Source: Octopus vulgaris
Lineage: Eukaryota
Direction: 5' to 3'
Length of the DNA: 64,000 nt
Assembly: GCA_951406725.2 (NCBI GenBank)
Contig: OX597819.1
Coordinates: 20,646,001 to 20,710,000 of the forward strand
The position numbers and the translations under genes were made by a program. Positions 54,134 to 64,000 of this stretch are shown piece by piece. The notes under the pieces were generated by a model. That model ran no database searches and had not been told where the DNA came from. It was given only the letters and a program-made list of their open reading frames with translations. Position 1 is the stretch's first letter, and the number at the start of each line of letters is the position of its first letter.

Positions 54134-57100
54134 CTATATAAATATACACGTATAATATACGAATACTTACATATACGAACGTATACATACATATATATGC
54201 GAGTATGCACACGACCAGTTTAAATTGCCCGCCTATAACTCCTCGTGCGATATGGTCAAAATATAAATCGCAGTAAATATAATGACGAAATAAATATAAA
54301 TGTACATAATTAAGTATAAGATCGTTAAATTAATTATCGATCTTATCAAGTGGCCAAAGCGGTGTCGGCTTGTATATGTCAGCGTACATTTGCACTTTGG
54401 CAAATCAGAGAGAAACAGAAGTACCTGATACTCATACATACACACATACTTACACAGATGCAATCATGCATACGTACATATATTTATATATCCAATTATA
54501 GACAATGTTATTGTTAATGTCGAATGAATGTTGATTTTGGCGTGTTTATAGAAAACTGTAATAAAATATCAAATTCCAAATATTATTACAATTAGTGTAT
54601 GCTCTTCTGTATTTTAAATAGCAGACATGTTACCAACTGAATTACTATAATAGCAAAGGGAAAGATGTGAAAAGAAATGTAACTACGATAGGGATGAAAT
54701 AAATAACAATATGAAAATGTGTATGGAAATTCCAAGTAGAAAATTTGGAAGTCGCTGTTGTCTATTGAAACAGAGAAGACAGGCGAATAGTGTGAATCTA
54801 CACAGAAATTAAGTTCTGAACCTTTTAATTATTCTGGAGTGTAAAATGTTTTTACCCAAATAGAAAGAAATGGTGAAGAATTCATATATGACATTTAGTC
54901 TCCAGAGATATTTAAGTTTTATTGTACTACTATTTTTCTTTAATATATTACTCATGTTTGAGGACTGTAACTCAATTTTTGGCAGTACTCTAACGTATTG
55001 TATTGGATTTTAAAAGCAGGATTATAATATCGCAATAATACTAGAACATGTGAATTATTTTATTGCATATATATATATATATATATATATATACATGCCT
55101 GAGGTTGATGTATTTTTGTTTAAAGCCAATTGTTGATATACCTCAGTTTAACCCTAGACAACATTTAAAAGATGATCTCATTTCAAGCGCAAAGCTGTTA
55201 CACCTGTGGATCACATGCAATAATCTGCCGTTTTTCACATCTAATTATACTCTCTATATTTTTTCTGGAGGACAAATCAAGTTAAAATCCTCGTGTGTTA
55301 CCTGTTTCTTTCCTATTTTTGATACTGTAATTATTTCTTCAGGTTCTGCATATCTAAAGAATTCTTCGACCTACATATTAAGAAATTCTTGTCTAGATTG
55401 GAATTCGTTCTTTGGTTTCAATTGTGGTTGCTTTTCAATATAGGTCTAAAACACGTTGTATGCTGCATTCTAAACATTGGCCATCTTTGTTTGGGTCGTT
55501 TAAACAAAATTATCTAATCAACTGGTCAAGTGTGTCAGAAAATCTCGAACCCAAAGGAAAATTCGAGACGATGTTTCTTGATACAAATTTATTATTTTCA
55601 TCTTCAAAATAAGACACACCAGTGAGAGGACCACAGCCGTCTCATCTATGTTTCCTCAGAATATTTTTTAAACTTAAAGCCGGAGCTCAAAATGAATAAG
55701 GAAAGTGTTTTTTTACCAAAAAATTAGGATAAAGTAAAGATGCAGTCTTAATTTACAGCACCGTTGATTTAGATTACAAAATATGTTTTTATGCGAAAAA
55801 AAATAATGAACCACTACGGTCACTTCCATGTTTTTGAAGTTTATGGTCATTTCTTTTGAACATGTCGCCAGATGTAATCTTTAATAATGATGTGAATAAA
55901 GTTGGATTTTATTTTGTATGTTAACTATAATCTGATAATTATTATATTATTATTCTATTGATCGAGATTGATTAACTCCTTACTCTAACGTTAGTATTAG
56001 CTACAAGTTTGTTTTAATTATTGATTGAACAGGTTTCGTGTTTATACGAAAATGCTTAATCTGCATTTATGTTTGAAGCAAGCAATATTCTCCAAATGGC
56101 ACTTAAGTGTAACCTGCAGCAGTTTAGAGCTGAGAATGAAATCACTTGTCCAATTGAAGTTTATTGCTACTACATTTTATTTTTTGTTCAATACTTAGTA
56201 TGAGTCTCAACACTTGTATTTCCACGGTTTTGAGCAATAATGATATTTAGCAGCTGGTTGTCGAGATGCTTTTTAATTGACACTTTACAAGCGTTATAAT
56301 TACGAATATACTGTATTTTCTACATCTTAAAATCCTTAATGATTTAATTTAGTAATTGTATGGAAATGTAATAGGGTACTTAACAAAAACAAAAAAAGAA
56401 TTACACAGCATATGCCACCCACATCAGATTAAAATGGTTCTCGACCCTTCTATTTTGGCGAGCATTTGTTTGCTTTGTAGCACCATTTATGTTTTGGCAA
56501 TTTTCAATCCATAGAAAAAAAACCTTCATTATTCATTTATCTACATTTTCGATACTATGTAATCGCATGTTGATAATCTAATCAATGGACTTCCATATAA
56601 TTCTTAATATTTTGCTTCATATAGTTGTATTATTTTTTAAGACCCTTTTTTTAAATACCTCGAAATATCTTAGGAAATTTTTTTGCCTTAAAATATTTTG
56701 TATATCAGGAATCACTCATGTATATAGTTTATTTACAGCATGGATAAAATCTCCGAATGTTCTGCGTATGAATAAGTATTTGTCATGGACACTTTAGTAA
56801 CAGGTTATGCTTAACCTTCTCATGATTGTTTGGTGTAAACAAACCAGGAAACCTTGCGTTACAATGTATTATTCATGACGAACTGTATCATTACACACGT
56901 AGCTCACATCCCACATAGATAGATCTGTGCATGTAGGTAAATATGTATGCATATATGTGTGCGTATGTGTGTGTGTGTTTGCATGTATGTATAGTGCTTG
57001 TGTGTACATCTCTATATGTGAGGAAAATTTGTTCTGGGAATCTTTATTTGATTATTCTTTCGTCGAAGATGGTTAGCTGATTCCAATATAATGGAATGCT

Positions 57101-58031
57101 GTTATATCTATATGTTGCAAGAGTTCTTTTTGCGATAACTAAATGTATTTAAGCCTCCATTCGCTCGACAAACGCATTGATAACAGTACCAAACAGTACA
57201 ATACCAACTTCCTGCAATGTTGTGGCATCAGTGTTTGTAAAGATATTCAAGTGTGTTGAAGGTCAATCTGTCTTGTGCGTTAGATGAGAAAGCAAATGTT
57301 TCTATGGAAACCATAGAATAGAATGAAATAATAATATTTTCCTGCCAATCTCACGTTCGTTGATAGAACGCTTCATCCTTGTTAAAGTGAAATAATAGCC
57401 TGCAGCCAACAGCTCTGACTCACTCTGTATGCACCAAATTTATGTTCGGTTTTGCCAATCAAAACTAAAAATAAAAAAATACAAAAATATTATTTGTTTC
57501 TTAGAAAATTGTATTCATTCCCATTCTATTGCTTTATTTGATAAAATGTGTTGGCGGGGAACTTGGTTTGTCGCGAAAACAGAACAATAAAAGACATCAT
57601 ACATTATTCGTCATGATTAAATATCAACTGCATTATCTCATAGTTTTTACAAACAATTCTATGCTAAATCATTGTAAATATAAATCAATTATGGTTGAAC
57701 TCAACAAAAGGGTAAATTCATAACAACAAATTAAATAAAAGATGTCGGAGTGACTTCAGATCAAATTTTTCGATGGCTTTCCTTTTATTGACCAATAAGA
57801 CGAGATATATATTTCTAATATAAGTACAAAACTTCAAGAACATCTCAACTTGCAAAATTTCCATAAGAAATTCTAAAATTCGAAACAATGTATGCTTAAA
57901 CACTTACGAAGGCCAATCCACAAGTACATATGTATATACATGAGTATATGCCGGCATGGAATAATCTAAAATTCCTCTCTAAATAACTATATTCCTGTTA
58001 TGTGGTATATATATATTTCAAGTTGAGTATA

Positions 58032-58094
<63 letters not shown>

Positions 58095-58269
58095 GTATGT
58101 ATGTACGTACGTATGTATATATGTATATATATATATGTATGTATGTATGTACGTATGTATATATGTATGTATGTATGTACGTATGTATATATGTATGTAT
58201 GTATGTACGTATGTAAATATGTATGTATGTACGTATATATACATGTATGTATATATGTATATATGTATG

Positions 58270-58860
58270 TACAAAACGTAAACATGAAATAAGAAAACGA
58301 CATGGGTTAGGAAATACGAAAACAGGAAACCCAAAGGCAAACCTGGGCATGCGAATATCGAGAGAAACAAATGGAAAGCAAGACGAGTAACATAAAGAAC
58401 GACCATTCATCACTTGTCGGCTGCTTATTTACTCCACATTTCGAGCAATTCCCGACAATATGTAGCTTCGAAAAACAGTTGCTATCGCGAACCAGAATAA
58501 AATTTGAGAAGGGGAGATTTGCGTGATGTTAAAGCCTTCGATATATCCCTTTAGAACACGATCCAACCACAATAATACAATCCTTTGAAATGCCACCCGA
58601 TTCAATAATATTAAACCTTCATGCTAATCGGCATATTACTACTAATACGACCTCATATAGCATCGGTGACTCCCAACACCAGTACTGATAATACCACTTT
58701 GGTGGTAGCTAGCCAAGGAACAAATGATTTCCAAGGATCAATTCCAACTTCAGTGACCGCTGGAAGAACGCAGGAAGATTTTGGTCCCACTTTGTAATTC
58801 TATGTATGTGTTGGCTAATAATTTGTACATTTAGCACAACATGAATATATATCAATTGAT
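58270..58860 (-). mobile_element. Probable decayed PLE 3' region
   Basis: QIISQHIHRITKWDQNLPAFFQ weakly resembles a Neptune-type linker; degenerate tagcaa..ttgctc-GAAA hairpin at 58430-58500; ends in (TATG)n. Confidence 0.35.
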
Positions 58861-59036
58861 GATGAAGTAAAAAGGGAGCAATATGTGTGTTTGTCTGTAT
58901 ATATGTGTGTGTTCTGTAAACAAGTACGTGTATGAATGTATGCATTTATGCATGTTTATATATGTGTATATGTACTTATACATATATATATATATATGTA
59001 TACATACCATACATATATATACATATACACACATAC

Positions 59037-60565
<1,529 letters not shown>

Positions 60566-62789
60566 CCGATTTACTTATGCAAGTATCTATATATTATATA
60601 TTTGTAGGCTTGCAGTCTTGCAAGATATATATACACATGCACATTTACACTATATATATATACAAGCATATATATATGCTTGTATTCATTTACCACCCCC
60701 CACACACATATATATGTGTGTGTGTATATATATACATACCAATATACAAGCATGTACAAAAACGGTCTTTTGACATTCACCTTTCGTGTTTTCGTTACAC
60801 TGCTGGGAGTCTGTGGTGTTATTTTAATAACCAGGAAGTACTTCTAATATAGATTGGTAACAAACTGTTTTGACAAGCAGCAGACATGCTAAATATGTGT
60901 GCTAAAAGAATAATAAATAAATAAACAATTTTTCTCTTATATAATGATGCATTATAAATACTGTGAATACACTAGGCGCCTGTGGTAAATGGCGACATTT
61001 TAACTCACACAAACTACTCTTTTTGCATACGTATACATGTGTTTATGTGGGTTGCGTGTAACTGTGTATCTGTGCGCCTGTGTGTGTGTGTGTGTGTGTC
61101 TTTAAAAACACACACAGAAATATATATATATATATATGTAAGTATTTATTTGCGATTTTTTGATCGTGTCTCTGTTGTAGTGTATGTATATGCAAAGAGT
61201 TAGAAGCACTCAATGCAGTCATCATTCATTAAGATGATGAGATGCCGCATGACGCAACGGCGAAAACATTATATAAACAATAGGTCTGCTTTAATACTTT
61301 CATGGAAATAATCATATTTTAATTATTTTACTCAATTTCCATGTTGTTTATCATTATTACTTTTCAGGAAGATACTAAGAAAATAAAATTAAGTTTATGT
61401 TGGCCAAAATGTCATGTGATTAGTTTGTTTCTATCTACGTAGTTCTTCCTAATTTTGTTGGGTTCGTCATGCTAATTTAACCAGGACAATTGAAAATAAA
61501 GCAATCTATCAGTCAGTAAAGGAGAACAATATGAAGTAGAACCTTCTTCCGGTAACATAGAAGTGATTGGATTAACGAATGTTCTAGAAACTTGAACAAA
61601 TCTCCTTTCCATGTTTAGTAGCAATTTTGTTTACTCTTTGAGTTCATACCACACTGATATCGAGTTGTGCTCTCATCCTTCAGTGGTTCATGAAATACAT
61701 ATCCTTCAAGTGCAGGAATCGAGGACATAACGGACAGTTTTTAATATTCAAATCCTGGCTTTGTTCCCATGTAAAAGTTAATATTATCGTTAGTCAGAAA
61801 AATCAAGGTATTTGAAAATCAGGGGAACGGCTGACAACATTGTTTCTCTTTGGGTCTATTCTAAAATTTCTCTATTTTAGGAATTTTAATACCATTCTCT
61901 GTAACTTCAAATTTTCCACGTTTCATCATGATTCATATATTTCCGGCAATGCTGAATAAAGTTGACTACACGACGCTACACTAATTACTTTCCGCTAAGT
62001 GAACTGAGCTGATGGCAGTTAATTGTATTGACTATTGATATTTCTCAATGCCAGAGATAAATGACGACCCGGCAACAGATTTGCGGTTTATATAACCGTC
62101 TTTTAAGTTGACCGCCATGGCAGTCACGTATGACGGAAAGAGAGAATGATTAATTAAACCGACAAGGTTATGCTTCTGTTTGAACACCAACATAGCATAT
62201 CGTGATAGGAGAGTCACGTTTAGTCGGCATGTTATTTGAACCCGAGAATTATTGGTCAGTTAAACAGTTACAATATAATGTTTGTAAATGTGTATCTGTT
62301 TTATTGATATTGGGATTTATAGACAGAAAGAGCGTAATGATTGTTTTCATCGGTAGTTCAGCTAATAAATTGAAGGAATGGATTGATAGAAGAGACGCAA
62401 TAATATCAGAACATGTCCATGGCTTCCCCACATGTTTGCTGAAATAATCAAAGCAAACGTTTTCATTGGTTTAACGTTGTTGATTTTTCCTCACCACATA
62501 GTCATTCCTAATTACTTTTTAAATAATCATCTCTACAAATCTCTGGTGAGAACTTTCCATATATTTTACGTGCCAATGCTATATAAATACACATCCAAAT
62601 CTACTTCAAAAGAAGATGCATTTGACTAATTAGAAACAACAGCTCGAGGGGCAAAGTTTGGTGCACGCGCACTCACGCACACCAAAATCTCCTTCAAGGT
62701 GTCTTTTGGCTCCTCTTTGTACATATAGCCTTTGTATTCAGTCAAATTTTTTCACCTTTGATCCCGTTAATATATTTTTCTACTTTAAC

Positions 62790-63180
62790 TGCAGATTGAT
62801 TAATGCGCTATGGTAAACATTTTGTACATCGATCGTGTGAGGAAGCCTATCACATCTTTTATTTGCAAGAAATATGTGTGTATTGTACGATCAGTGGTGT
62901 CACTGAGTGCAGCGTGAGATGAAATGGCTGACTTCTTTTTCATTTGTGTGTTCTGATAGTTGCCAGCCTTGCTTCTCCTCAATTAAAAGATTTGAGCAGA
63001 TTCCCTGCCTGTCGCGGTGCTTTTGTGACGTGAAGCATAGCAGAGATTGCCGCCCACTCAAGAGAGCAAATGTTCCACAAGTATTCAAAGAAATTGATTC
63101 CTCAAGTTTTTCTATTTGCCTAAAGACTTCCAAGGCACCAACAGGCCGCAAGAGACACATTCGTTTTCATGGAACATGAT
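62790..63180 (-). mobile_element. Probable RTE-clade LINE C-terminal remnant
   Basis: RPVG..F...L....CG pattern and a downstream Cys/His-containing segment; heavily frameshifted. Confidence 0.45.
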
Positions 63181-63232
63181 TAATGGTTTGCTTTACTGAA
63201 TCCTAATATTCGATAACGACGAGAGAAACAAT

Positions 63233-63234
<2 letters not shown>

Positions 63235-63306
<72 letters not shown>

Positions 63307-63498
63307 CATATATATATATACATATATATATTTATACATATATACATATACATATATACATATTCATACATATATACATATTATATATATATATACACAT
63401 ATATATAAATATATATATACACACATATATATATATATACAATATATATATATATATATACACACATATATATATATATACAACATATATATATATAC

Positions 63499-63535
<37 letters not shown>

Positions 63536-63640
63536 AACATAGATAGATACATACGTATACACATAGATAGATACATACATACATACATGGAGAGATAGGG
63601 ATAGAGATAGATATAAATATGTGTGTTGAGTGTGTGTGTG
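63235..63640. repeat. Compound (TA)n/(TACA)n microsatellite
   Basis: Direct reading. Confidence 0.95.
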
Positions 63641-63775
63641 TATTTTCAATGTTTACAAATAGCATGGAAAATATGAATAAAGTCACTAGGGTAGCAAAAG
63701 TTCCTACAAGTACTAAGGATGTAACATCTTTGCACATAAAGTTAGAGATTCTATTCAAATATTCAAATATTTATA

Positions 63776-63863
63776 CCACCGACATATGTTTCGAAGAAAA
63801 CATTGGTATTATTCCAGAAGGAATAATATAATGAAAAACAATGCAATCTTCTCATCAGAGACC
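63776..63863 (-). ncRNA. Type I hammerhead ribozyme, intact core, CATATG family (weak stem I)
   Basis: Minus strand: ct CTGATGA GAAGA ttg CATTG..TTATTCC ttct GGAATAA tac CAATG ttt TCTTC GAAA CATATG TC gg. Confidence 0.7.
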
Positions 63864-64000
63864 AACTTAATTTACTAAGCCCAGTATTGTTACGTTTATT
63901 GATATGTTTACATGTAGAGTAATTATTAGATATTCTTTTGGACAACTGAGATGAAAAACTACCTTATTAGCAAAATAATTATGAGGACAGAACCAAGGGA

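Overview
AT-rich, microsatellite-saturated eukaryotic DNA. The SINE families and repeat landscape look like an octopod cephalopod (inference, not a database match). I find no intact host protein-coding gene; almost all listed ORFs are translations of (TA)n/(CA)n/(GA)n/trinucleotide tracts. The window is a mosaic of decayed mobile elements: three tRNA-derived SINE families, CR1-like and RTE-like LINE fragments, an R4/Dong-type 3' end on an (AAT)n tract, an internally deleted mariner, two non-autonomous Helitrons, and several Penelope-like element (PLE) fragments (RT and GIY-YIG). The most notable signal is a set of type I hammerhead ribozyme (HHR) motifs from about five sequence families, in short repeats that usually end in TA/CA microsatellites. 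Four sites keep an intact CUGAUGA...GAAA...UH core (1063-1151 as a head-to-head pair, 11023-11105, 54017-54089, 63776-63863). Most families carry their own palindrome in place of stem III. One family forms a tandem retrozyme-like unit (35602-36230). All folds were read by eye; none was computed or tested.
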